Both the position numbers and the translations under genes were made by a program. Positions 47,406-56,517 of a stretch of DNA of 64,000 nucleotides are shown piece after piece. Under the pieces are notes generated by a model. That model saw only the letters and a list, made by a program, of their open reading frames with translations, was not told the DNA's origin and made no database searches. How positions within the stretch are numbered: position 1 is the stretch's first letter; each line of letters opens with the position of its first letter. The DNA comes from an uncultured Bacteroidota bacterium (lineage in GTDB: Bacteria; Bacteroidota; Ignavibacteria; UBA10030; UBA6906). Where the stretch lies: NCBI GenBank assembly GCA_963700635.1, contig CAVOYH010000003.1, positions 768,001 to 832,000 of the forward strand, in the 5' to 3' direction.

Positions 47406-49631
47406 TTATTTTGATTGCATGACAGCCACCCCATTCCAGTCGTCCGGGGGTGGTGCAATCATATAGGCTTCAATCCGCTGCAGGTGAAGAAGCGTGGGGT
47501 GATCACCGGGGCGCAGCAGGAGGGAAGCCTGAAACGCACTCCGTGCCCCCCGCCAGTCACGGTTGTAGTACAGCCGTTTTCCTTCCCCGTACAGTTCCAG
47601 AAACGCGCTGAGTTCACCGGAGACATCCGGGCCAGCCGGACAGAGTAACTCGTACGTTGTCACCGGCTCATTACGTCCCATGACGCTGATGCGGTCAAGT
47701 TCCCGGCCGATGATCTCTTCCCGGACGAGCACATATGTTCGTTCGCTCGTCATAATGCCTGTGTGGTATTCCCTGTTCGCACTTTCCAGTCTTGAGGCCA
47801 GATTCACGCTGTCTCCAATCACCGTGTAGGCGAACTTCCCCACTGCCCCCATGTTGCCCACAACCATCTCGCCCGTGTTAATGCCGATCCGGATACGAAT
47901 CGTTGGACGTCCCTTTTCCTTCCATGCCGCGTTCAGTCCGACGAGCGAATCCTGCATTGCGAGGGCACTCCGACACGCCCGCACGGCATGATCCTGTTGT
48001 GGTATCGGCGCGCCCCAGAATGCCATCACCGCATCCCCTTCGTATTTGTCCAGGGTACCGTTGTTCTGAAAGATGATGGTCGACATGATGTTCAGGTATT
48101 CGTTCAGAATGCCGACCAGATCTTCCGGAGGGAGATTTTCGGAAATGGCGGTGAAACCCATGATGTCGCTGAAGAGCACTGTCAGCTCTTCACGCTGTCC
48201 ACCCAGCACGAGCTTCTCAGGATGTGCAACCAGTTCATCCACAATGGTGGGGTTTACATAGGTGCTGAACATCGACTTAATAAGCATCCGCTCTTTCCGT
48301 TCCGTCACGAGGTGATATGTCGTGCTCATGGTATATCCGCCGAGAACTGCAAGAACGGCGTTCACGACACCCATGACATACTGATACGTGTTAAACAGGA
48401 AAAGGGCGAGCCCTCCGATGATCAGAATTGTTGACAGTGCATAGAGAAAGCCAAGCAGTCCAACGAGAAGGTGATGACGGGTTTTGACCTCGCGGAGTTG
48501 CGATGTCACAATAAACGTCACCAGGACAATCATCAGCGTAATTGCTGCCGAAGTCCAGGGTTGTTCCACGCGCAGAAAATCGTTCCGGAGAACACTCTCG
48601 ACGACGTTGGCGTGAATCTCCACCCCGTACATCAGATTGTCCCGTTTGCGCTGCCCTCGTGCAATGGCGACCGGAAACAGATCCTTGTATTCGGGAACAG
48701 TCACCCCGACAAGCACAATCTTGTCTTTAAAGGTCTGGTCATAGAGATATCCGAAAGCAGGATCGCTGAAGGTGTTAATCTGTTCCCCGCTCTCCAACTC
48801 ATCGGTGGTGACAACCGATGTGTCATCGATGACATCGTGAAATCTGATGTGGGGGAATGTCCCGTCAGGTCCATAAAAATTCACCAGGAGCGCCCCGGGG
48901 TCGTACCGGGGAATATCTCTCCCCGCGTAGAGGAAACCTCCGGTGTGCAGTGTCGGGACCGTCAGTGGTGGCAGGCCAAAGTACTTATTAAGGACGGCGA
49001 ACGCCAGTGTGGGCAATGCTCGTTCGTTCCCGTCCGCTGAGTCCACAACAAACATCGTGTTGTACGACCGGTACACGCCGTCGGCGTCATTGCGGATGTT
49101 CACAAGGCCCATAGAACGGTCGTAGGAGAAAAAAATGTTTCCGTAGGTCTCATTGGCGGAGGTGGTGACGTAGGCTTCATTGTCCGATTCGCGCTTGCCC
49201 GCAAGGACGCCGATTCCGGTTTCCAGAAGTGCGGCCCTCAACTCTTCATCATGGCGGGGGTCATACGAATCGGGATCGCTGAACAGGAGGTCAATGGCAA
49301 CGACGCGCGCACCGGCGGCCTTCAGATTGCGGAGAAGATGAGCGTAATAGGATCGGGGCCAGGGAAAGCGGTCAGGAAGCGAGCGGAAGGACTCCTCGGT
49401 AATCTCCACGATGACCACATGCAGGGAATCGGAGATCTTGGGTTCGACCCCGCGATACTGGAATCGGTAGTCAATGGTGGCCAGCTCAAGGCGCTTGAAC
49501 ACCCCGAGGCGCAGGATGGATTCCTGGGTGAAAATGATGATCAAGAGGGCCGCGCCGGCAGCCAGGGCCAGGCGCATGATCCAGTTTCGTTGTCCCGCAG
49601 AAAGCCGCCCCAGGGCCATCGGTGTTGTCAT
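47406..49631 (-). CDS. CHASE2-domain class III adenylate cyclase
   Basis: N-terminal TM, CHASE2 (FPWPRSYYA, IDLLF, DADGVYR, GVEIHA), 3 TMs, TVLFSDIMGFT, DKYEGDAVMAFW, YTVIGDSVNLASRLE. Confidence 0.93.
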   Translation of the reverse strand: MTTPMALGRLSAGQRNWIMRLALAAGAALLIIIFTQESILRLGVFKRLELATIDYRFQYRGVEPKISDSLHVVIVEITEESFRSLPDRFPWPRSYYAHLLRNLKAAGARVVAIDLLFSDPDSYDPRHDEELRAALLETGIGVLAGKRESDNEAYVTTSANETYGNIFFSYDRSMGLVNIRNDADGVYRSYNTMFVVDSADGNERALPTLAFAVLNKYFGLPPLTVPTLHTGGFLYAGRDIPRYDPGALLVNFYGPDGTFPHIRFHDVIDDTSVVTTDELESGEQINTFSDPAFGYLYDQTFKDKIVLVGVTVPEYKDLFPVAIARGQRKRDNLMYGVEIHANVVESVLRNDFLRVEQPWTSAAITLMIVLVTFIVTSQLREVKTRHHLLVGLLGFLYALSTILIIGGLALFLFNTYQYVMGVVNAVLAVLGGYTMSTTYHLVTERKERMLIKSMFSTYVNPTIVDELVAHPEKLVLGGQREELTVLFSDIMGFTAISENLPPEDLVGILNEYLNIMSTIIFQNNGTLDKYEGDAVMAFWGAPIPQQDHAVRACRSALAMQDSLVGLNAAWKEKGRPTIRIRIGINTGEMVVGNMGAVGKFAYTVIGDSVNLASRLESANREYHTGIMTSERTYVLVREEIIGRELDRISVMGRNEPVTTYELLCPAGPDVSGELSAFLELYGEGKRLYYNRDWRGARSAFQASLLLRPGDHPTLLHLQRIEAYMIAPPPDDWNGVAVMQSK

Positions 49632-49633
49632 GA

Positions 49634-52048
49634 TCAGAGAGAGTACCGGTACCGGAGACTCACGATGTTCTCGTTCGGCAGACCGTCGTTTTTGAAAAAA
49701 CTGATCTGGAAGATCAGCTGCATATCCGGGCGTGCGTTCCACTCCGTACCGAAGTCAAGCGCGATCCGGCGGTAATCACCAAAGGTCGGCGCAACGGTCG
49801 CGGCCAGAATGAGAACATTGCGGATAACGGTGTACCGTCCTGCGACGGAAAGAACTGAATAATTCAGGTCACGGCTCGCGCCACGGATAACGCCGTCCGG
49901 AATAGTGTTGAAGTATGTTGCCAGGGAAATCACTGTTCGCAGACGGATCTGGTACAACGTGGTGAGTCCGAGTTCCGCCGTGATAGTGCGAACGTCATAA
50001 TTCCGGATCGACGCATCCGCACGGTTTGATGTGGAAAAGCTCAACGAGGCGGTATGCCGGGCACCCAGCAGGAAATCATAGCTGCTCTGCACATACACGC
50101 GATTGGTTGCATTATCGACCGCCGAAAGACTGTCGCGTCCCGATACGCCGAGACCGTTGTCATTGTCGTACCGGGAAAACCCGACGGTAACCGTGGGAAT
50201 ATCGCGTCTTGGCAGGTATGTGGCGGCGATGTTGAAGTTGCTAAACACCGTGGTCCCCACCTTGGTGGCCGCGGTATTGTCCTGCAGCCGCTCGTATCCG
50301 AGCGTCAGATAAAGTTGGTTATCGATGAGACGGGCCCGGTCCACAAGCGAGAAGCCACGGATGTCTGTCTGCAGGAACGATTGACCGAATGAGGTGTAAT
50401 CGCTTCCCCGGTACAGGTACGTGAACTTGAATACATTATCGAAGTAGTTGAGTCCCACCCCGAGCTCATAGGCAAGCGTGGGAAGGCCGTGCAGTGTGAG
50501 GGGGCGGAAGTTATCATTCACCGTGATAAAGTTCCCGGCATAATCACGAAGGGTCTTGATTTGTTTGGCGTCGGAGGTGTACACCGAATCGATATAGGCG
50601 TCGGAAAACGAGCCGGAGGAGATGTCCGTGTTGTATGCACTGATTCCTGCCTGGCCGCTCACCTCAATACGGCGATCATCAAAACGCGCGACAAAATCCG
50701 TTCCCAGCACAACATTCTCTTTCGGACTGATACCGTATCTGATGGAGCCGGGATCGTCGCGCGCACTCAACCAGGAAAAACCGATTTCCCATGTTTCACG
50801 GTCGCCCACACTGGGACGGACGGCAAAAAGATTACGCGCGTAGGTGCCATACCCGAATTTTCCCCACGTTGTTGAATCCACCTGACCAAACGCAGCGGTG
50901 GAATCCCGTCGGAATTCTACACTAAAACTGTCAGCTGGAAAACTCCTGAAGAGCCGGCCTTCGATACCACGACTGATCTGACCGAGGCTGAGATCAAGAC
51001 CCAGGATACCATACTGGGCTGTCGTCTGAAGTCCACGCACCCGCCTGCCATTCAGGATAAGCTCCGGGAGCACCGGGTAGTGGTCGCCATAACCGGCCTT
51101 CACCCACGGCGTTTCCACCCCGAAATAATAGCGGTGCTGCGGTTGACGGTCCGATTGTTCATCGGATGTCAGGAAAAGGTTTGATGTGAATCCTACAATG
51201 CCGGTCTTTCCTTTGAACGTGGCTCCGACGCGGTTGAACCAGGTGCCTGTATTGCGTATCTGCTCGTGGCGTGATTCGACGTTGAGAGTCATTGAATAGG
51301 TGAACCCACGGACGGGCATCGGCGTGGTAAAAAGTTCTGCGCCTGTGCCGCGGATGACGAATGTCTGTTCCGCTGTCGAGGCCGGTTTTCCGTTTTGATC
51401 GAAGATGACAACCCTGACCGTATGGAAACCCGGTGTGAGAACCAACCCGTGATTCTCGGGGATATAGACAATAAGGTCTTCGCTGAAGACAGCCCCGGCG
51501 GTGACATCGATGTCATCGATCCTGATCTTTGTGCTCCGGAGCATGACCGTGGTGTCCGCGCGCAGCAACGAAACGGAAATGAACAGATCCTCCTGATCCA
51601 GCGTCTGGCCTGGTTCAGGACTCAGAAACAGTATCTGTTGTTGTTCTTCTTCCAGTATGGTCAGCCGGGAAGGCTGGAGGGGAGGGTTTGAAAGAGGATT
51701 CCCGCCTCCGTTGGGTGGATAGGATTCGACCACTCCGTTTGCATCGGTGAGAACGAGGTACAATTCCAGAAACGGCGGCCGGACATAGTTTGCAGCCAGC
51801 GTGTACTGTGCGGTGTTTCCGCGCAGGTCCATTTCGGCTCTACGATATGCTGTCGTCCCGAATGGCCTGTACATGAGCTGGATGTCAACGGCGCGGTGAC
51901 CCTGTTGCAGGTCGACGTTGAGAGTGACTGCCTTCCGCACCGGTGTCTCGCCGGGCGAAATGGAGAGCACGGAGCTGGAAAGCTGGGTAAACGCCGCCAT
52001 CGGGATGAGGAGCAGCCCCACGGCGGCACAGAGTGATCGAAGATTCAT
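49634..52048 (-). CDS. Large exported protein, probable outer-membrane beta-barrel with N-terminal Ig-like domains
   Basis: Signal peptide; amphipathic beta-strand pattern over the C-terminal two-thirds; ends SLRYRYSL (beta-signal-like). Confidence 0.7.
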   Translation of the reverse strand: MNLRSLCAAVGLLLIPMAAFTQLSSSVLSISPGETPVRKAVTLNVDLQQGHRAVDIQLMYRPFGTTAYRRAEMDLRGNTAQYTLAANYVRPPFLELYLVLTDANGVVESYPPNGGGNPLSNPPLQPSRLTILEEEQQQILFLSPEPGQTLDQEDLFISVSLLRADTTVMLRSTKIRIDDIDVTAGAVFSEDLIVYIPENHGLVLTPGFHTVRVVIFDQNGKPASTAEQTFVIRGTGAELFTTPMPVRGFTYSMTLNVESRHEQIRNTGTWFNRVGATFKGKTGIVGFTSNLFLTSDEQSDRQPQHRYYFGVETPWVKAGYGDHYPVLPELILNGRRVRGLQTTAQYGILGLDLSLGQISRGIEGRLFRSFPADSFSVEFRRDSTAAFGQVDSTTWGKFGYGTYARNLFAVRPSVGDRETWEIGFSWLSARDDPGSIRYGISPKENVVLGTDFVARFDDRRIEVSGQAGISAYNTDISSGSFSDAYIDSVYTSDAKQIKTLRDYAGNFITVNDNFRPLTLHGLPTLAYELGVGLNYFDNVFKFTYLYRGSDYTSFGQSFLQTDIRGFSLVDRARLIDNQLYLTLGYERLQDNTAATKVGTTVFSNFNIAATYLPRRDIPTVTVGFSRYDNDNGLGVSGRDSLSAVDNATNRVYVQSSYDFLLGARHTASLSFSTSNRADASIRNYDVRTITAELGLTTLYQIRLRTVISLATYFNTIPDGVIRGASRDLNYSVLSVAGRYTVIRNVLILAATVAPTFGDYRRIALDFGTEWNARPDMQLIFQISFFKNDGLPNENIVSLRYRYSL

Positions 52049-52069
52049 ACGCAGAAAGGATCCCGGGCG

Positions 52070-52771
52070 TTAGTCGTTGTACTCGATCTTGAGGCGGTTC
52101 GTCTTCCCCTGTGGATCACGAAGTTCGATCTCCAGCCGCTTGCGCAGGTCGTCACGTAATGCCTCCAGCGCCGCGCGTCGTTCACCGGGGGTCGAGGGCC
52201 GGCTTTGCACAGTCCCGTCGCGGTTCGATATACCCGTAAACCCTGCCGTGACGTCCACGCTCCGAGAGGAGATTCTGTTCAAAAGGGAAACCAGACCGTC
52301 CGTGACCATGAGTGTATCTGCGGCCCGGGTGCTATTGAGCATCCCCGCGGTCCCTTTGATTGAGGCGACCGAAGTCGGTGACGTAAAACGGAATTCTTCA
52401 CCGGCGCGCTGTTTCTGAACATTAAACCCGACAACGCCGGTCTGAACTTCCACAGATTTCGAAAGCGTATTCCGTGCCTGCTTTCCGGTGACGGTGAGTT
52501 CCGTCTTTTCGCGAAGCCGGACGAGGCTGTTGTCCTTAAATTTAATGATGGCCAGTGCACCCAGACCTGTGCGGACCATGTCTCCGGAAGCAAGAGTCTG
52601 TCCGCGTGAAGCCTTGTTCCAATCCTTGCCAACTTCCTTTCGGTCGACCTCGAGGATCACTTTGCTGACAAGCGCCACAGGGGTTCCTTCAAGGGGCGGA
52701 GCCGCGCCGGAACTCTGCACGAAAAACAATGTGCCAAACAGAAGACCGGGTGTGAGGAAGAGTCGATTCAT
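52070..52771 (-). CDS. Periplasmic FecR-domain protein
   Basis: Signal peptide; LASGDMVRTG, IKFKDNSLVRLREKTEL, FTSPTSVASIKGT, VTDGLV. Confidence 0.85.
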   Translation of the reverse strand: MNRLFLTPGLLFGTLFFVQSSGAAPPLEGTPVALVSKVILEVDRKEVGKDWNKASRGQTLASGDMVRTGLGALAIIKFKDNSLVRLREKTELTVTGKQARNTLSKSVEVQTGVVGFNVQKQRAGEEFRFTSPTSVASIKGTAGMLNSTRAADTLMVTDGLVSLLNRISSRSVDVTAGFTGISNRDGTVQSRPSTPGERRAALEALRDDLRKRLEIELRDPQGKTNRLKIEYND

Positions 52772-52792
52772 GGTGTGCTCCAGGGGGAGATA

Positions 52793-53854
52793 CTATTCGA
52801 GTTCGGCGGACAGTATCCCGGCAGGATTGCCGCGGAACTGATTGATCAGGTGCACCAGGTCGTCTACGGAAATGGTTCTTCCATCCACCGTCATCTGACC
52901 GGTGGGAGATAGCAATCCTTCACGGATGCGATCGAAAACGGATTTGTGTGTCGGGCCGAGTGATTTTTCAAGATCATCGAGAAGGCTCTGGAGGGCAACG
53001 TTTGTGCCGCCGGCCGCGACGGTAAATGAGCGGAGCTGGCTCCGTGCTACGTTTCCCGGCCCGCCGGTGCTGCCGTACAACCCTTCCACGTACCAGACAT
53101 ACGTCTTTCCGGGTTCCAGCGGCCGGACGCCTGCTGCAGGATAAAGAAACGAAGTGCTGTTGACTTCTGAAACGAGCTGCGCGAGACCGTTCGTTGCTTC
53201 TTCCAGCGAGGTCTGATGGGGCAGCATCTCGAACACCGCGATGCGCGACCGGGGTCCGTCAAACGTCCATTGGAACAGCGGATATGCCCCAATCGTCCTG
53301 TCTTTGTGCAGTGGAAACACCAGCTCGAGACGTGACGGAGAGGTCAGCACAAAACGAAAACTTGCATAAAAGGACTGTTTGGTCTGCGGCGTTATTACCT
53401 CCACACGAAATGTGTACACCCCCGCGGGCAAAAATCCGGTCGGGAGGGCGATCTGTTCCAGTCTTCGTTTGGCTGTCTCGTCAACCATGTAGTCTCTTCT
53501 GATCGAAGGGCTTACAAGGTCCAGGTTGGTGAATGACCGTGACCCCTGGATCTCAAAGGGAACGGTTTCATACGTTGATACCCCGGTGAACGATTCGCCC
53601 GTTGACATTGCCACATCCATTGTGATCCGCATGGTGGCGGTCACGCTGGATGGTGTTTCGGAAACCGCGCTGCGGATACTCACGTCAATCGTGAACAACC
53701 ACTTTGGGGAAGTAGTGTTGACATAGTCAACATCCTGAATGGTCAGGACATCCACCGGAGCGGTGGCGGTGGTGATGTCAACAACAAGTCCTTGTGCAAA
53801 GAGCGTCGGGACTGAAGCGACAACAATGGCGATGAAGAGAAAGGGTACTCTCAT
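52793..53854 (-). CDS. Exported hypothetical protein with Ig/Fn3-like (DUF928-like) segment
   Basis: Signal peptide; LPAGVYTFRVEV; LVFP..PLFQW..YPAAGVRPLEPGKTYVWYV beta-sandwich pattern. Confidence 0.7.
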   Translation of the reverse strand: MRVPFLFIAIVVASVPTLFAQGLVVDITTATAPVDVLTIQDVDYVNTTSPKWLFTIDVSIRSAVSETPSSVTATMRITMDVAMSTGESFTGVSTYETVPFEIQGSRSFTNLDLVSPSIRRDYMVDETAKRRLEQIALPTGFLPAGVYTFRVEVITPQTKQSFYASFRFVLTSPSRLELVFPLHKDRTIGAYPLFQWTFDGPRSRIAVFEMLPHQTSLEEATNGLAQLVSEVNSTSFLYPAAGVRPLEPGKTYVWYVEGLYGSTGGPGNVARSQLRSFTVAAGGTNVALQSLLDDLEKSLGPTHKSVFDRIREGLLSPTGQMTVDGRTISVDDLVHLINQFRGNPAGILSAELE

Positions 53855-53944
53855 GGGATCGCCCTGTGGAAAAGTGGAAGAACGGCAAATAGTAACAAAG
53901 TATAAGAATTTGGTGTCTGTGTTGCAAACAGGCTGTCACACCAG

Positions 53945-55261
53945 CTAAAAGTGGCGGAGGTCATTGTACACCACGAAGGCCATAAATACCAGCAGGAGCA
54001 AGAAGCCTGCCTTCTGCAGGATCATGCGCATCCTCACGGGCACTTCACGACGGAATATCGCTTCATAAAACAGAAACACCATATGACCACCGTCCAGTGC
54101 CGGGAACGGAAGAAAGTTGAGTATGGCCAGACTCATACTTAGTAACGCCATAAATCCCAGATAGGTCAGGATCCCCAGTTCTGCTGTTTGGGTTGCCATC
54201 TGTGCGATCTTGATCGGTCCGCCAACAGACTGTGCAAAAGCAACTTTTCCGGTGATGATCTGCCAGATTTGTTTGATGAAGAGGACGCTTACATTGACGA
54301 CGTCTGTCAGACTGCGGGGCAGCGCCTCAAAAAGTGAATACTCCACTTTGCGTGTGGGACCGGAGTACCGTAACCCGAATCCGATTCCGATAATTCCGTC
54401 GCTGGTGGGAATGACGTTCCCATGCATCACTGTCGAGTCGTGGCGCCATTCCACCGCTACCGGTATTCCTGCATGCTGCTGCACAATGCTTTTTACCTGG
54501 GCGTCCGTGCTCAGGGGTGTGTTGTTCATCGATATCAGGACGTCGCCGGGCTTCATTCCGAGGTTGTCCGCAGGCATTCCTGATTGCACGGTACTGACAA
54601 GAATTTCTGTGTGAATCGGGATGATCCCGAACGCGGTATCATTCGGTTCGGGTATGGAATTCCTCAGGAATGTAAGATCGACTTCCCGGCCTTTTCTCTC
54701 TACCGTGAAGACCACATCCTCTCCCACCTGATCGATGTACACGGCACTAAAGATCTCATCCCAGTGTGTCACCGGGTCGCTGTTGATCCGCACCACGCGG
54801 TCACCGATTAAGAGTCCGCCCTTTTGTGCCGGACTGTTTTCGACGACGATCCCGATTTCCGTGGTTTCGCGGATGATTTTCCCCTGCACGTAGGTGATGC
54901 CCCAGAAAATGGCCACCGCCAGAAGGATGTTCATCAACACGCCGCCGGAAATCACCAGCATTCTCTGCCAGATAGGTTTTGCCCGGAACTCCCAGGGTTC
55001 CGGAGGTTTCTCGAGATAGTCCGTGTCAAAACTCTCGTCGATCATTCCGGCGATTTTTACGTAGCCGCCGATCGGAATCCATGATATACAATAGTCGGTG
55101 TGGCCGACCTGTTTGCCGAATGCCCTGGGAGGGAACCCGATGGAGAAGCGGTCAACACGCATGCCACAGAGTTTCGCCGTGATAAAATGGCCGAATTCAT
55201 GCACGAACACGAGGACGCCGAGCGTGACAATAAAATAGAGAACAGTTTCTAAGAACAGCAT
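53945..55261 (-). CDS. rseP: RIP metalloprotease RseP with PDZ domains
   Basis: HEFGH, FSIGF, IPIGGYVKI, NFLPFPALDGGH; downstream of dxr. Confidence 0.96.
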   Translation of the reverse strand: MLFLETVLYFIVTLGVLVFVHEFGHFITAKLCGMRVDRFSIGFPPRAFGKQVGHTDYCISWIPIGGYVKIAGMIDESFDTDYLEKPPEPWEFRAKPIWQRMLVISGGVLMNILLAVAIFWGITYVQGKIIRETTEIGIVVENSPAQKGGLLIGDRVVRINSDPVTHWDEIFSAVYIDQVGEDVVFTVERKGREVDLTFLRNSIPEPNDTAFGIIPIHTEILVSTVQSGMPADNLGMKPGDVLISMNNTPLSTDAQVKSIVQQHAGIPVAVEWRHDSTVMHGNVIPTSDGIIGIGFGLRYSGPTRKVEYSLFEALPRSLTDVVNVSVLFIKQIWQIITGKVAFAQSVGGPIKIAQMATQTAELGILTYLGFMALLSMSLAILNFLPFPALDGGHMVFLFYEAIFRREVPVRMRMILQKAGFLLLLVFMAFVVYNDLRHF

Positions 55262-55275
55262 AAGCAAACCATCTG

Positions 55276-56454
55276 TCAATGAGTGAGGGGGGCAGGGTGA
55301 TGTGCGACGAAGGCACGCGCTTCCCGATCTGCACGAACTATGGTGTCGAGTGTCAAGAGGTCATCGTGCGGTACCGAAAGCAGGGCTTCGGCAATAATTT
55401 CCGGGATGGCAGGAAAGGATATCCGTTCTTCCAGGAAGAGCTGTACAGCCGCCTCGTTTGCGGCATTAAGGACCGTTGGTGCTGTTCCTCCCTGCTGTAA
55501 TGCCCGGTAGGCCAGGGCAAGACAGGGGAAGTTTTCCATGTCCGGATTCTGAAAGGTCAATTGTCCGAGATCGGCAAAATCGATACGTTTGAAGACCGAG
55601 GGGGGGCGTTCCGGATAGGTCAGGGCATATTGGATGGGTATCTTCATATCCGGAATACCAAGTTGAGCCTTGACCGAACCATCCACAAACTCCACCATGG
55701 AATGAATGATGGATTGTGGATGGACGATCACTTCGATCCGTTCGGGAGGCAAGCCGAACAGCCAGTGAGCCTCGATCACTTCCAGTCCCTTGTTCATCAT
55801 TGTTGCCGAGTCGATACTAATCTTGTTCCCCATGCTCCAGGTCGGGTGTTTCAGCGCCTGGCCGGGGGTCACCCGGCCGAGGGCTTCCCTGCCAAGCCCC
55901 AGAAACGGTCCGCCTGATGCAGTCAGGATCAATCGTCCGACGCTGTGAATCTCTTCGCCTTGCAGGCACTGGAGAATTGCGCTGTGTTCACTGTCCACCG
56001 GCAGCAGGCGCACGCCATGTCGTTGGACCTTTTCCATGATCATCGCCCCGCCAACGACAAGGGTTTCCTTGTTGGCAAGCGCAACATGCTTTCCGGCCTC
56101 AATGGCATGGAGCGTCGGGCGCAAGCCGGCAAAACCCACGAGGGCGCTTATCACGAGATCCACATCCGCACGTGCCACGACCTCCAGAAGAGCTTCCTCT
56201 CCGGAAAGAACCTCGGTCATGCCGTTCATCTGTATCCGCAGCCGCTGTGCATGTTCGTTGTCGCGCACGACAACAGCTTTTGGACGGAACCGGCGGATTT
56301 GTTCGGCGAGCAGGGTAATGTTCCGGTTGGCCGTCAGGTAGGTGACACGGAATCGACCCGGCAGCCCCTCCACAACATCAAGGCTGCTTCGGCCGATGGA
56401 ACCGGTGGAACCCAGGATGGCGATGTTGGTAATACGTTTCACAGCACTCCACAC
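55276..56454 (-). CDS. dxr: 1-deoxy-D-xylulose 5-phosphate reductoisomerase
   Basis: ILGSTGSIG, LANKETLV, PVDSEHSA, HPTWSMG, NKGLEVIEAHWLF, NAANE. Confidence 0.98.
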   Translation of the reverse strand: MWSAVKRITNIAILGSTGSIGRSSLDVVEGLPGRFRVTYLTANRNITLLAEQIRRFRPKAVVVRDNEHAQRLRIQMNGMTEVLSGEEALLEVVARADVDLVISALVGFAGLRPTLHAIEAGKHVALANKETLVVGGAMIMEKVQRHGVRLLPVDSEHSAILQCLQGEEIHSVGRLILTASGGPFLGLGREALGRVTPGQALKHPTWSMGNKISIDSATMMNKGLEVIEAHWLFGLPPERIEVIVHPQSIIHSMVEFVDGSVKAQLGIPDMKIPIQYALTYPERPPSVFKRIDFADLGQLTFQNPDMENFPCLALAYRALQQGGTAPTVLNAANEAAVQLFLEERISFPAIPEIIAEALLSVPHDDLLTLDTIVRADREARAFVAHHPAPLTH

Positions 56455-56517
56455 ATAAAATCAAGGTACGTAAACGGTGCTTGTATATCAAGCCGAAGGA
56501 AGCTACATTTCTCTGGT

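Noticed and set aside
55945-56517. N-terminal 191 aa of the 812-aa ORF
   Set aside because: Mostly antisense to dxr; a signal peptide starts at ATG 56518, the likely true start.
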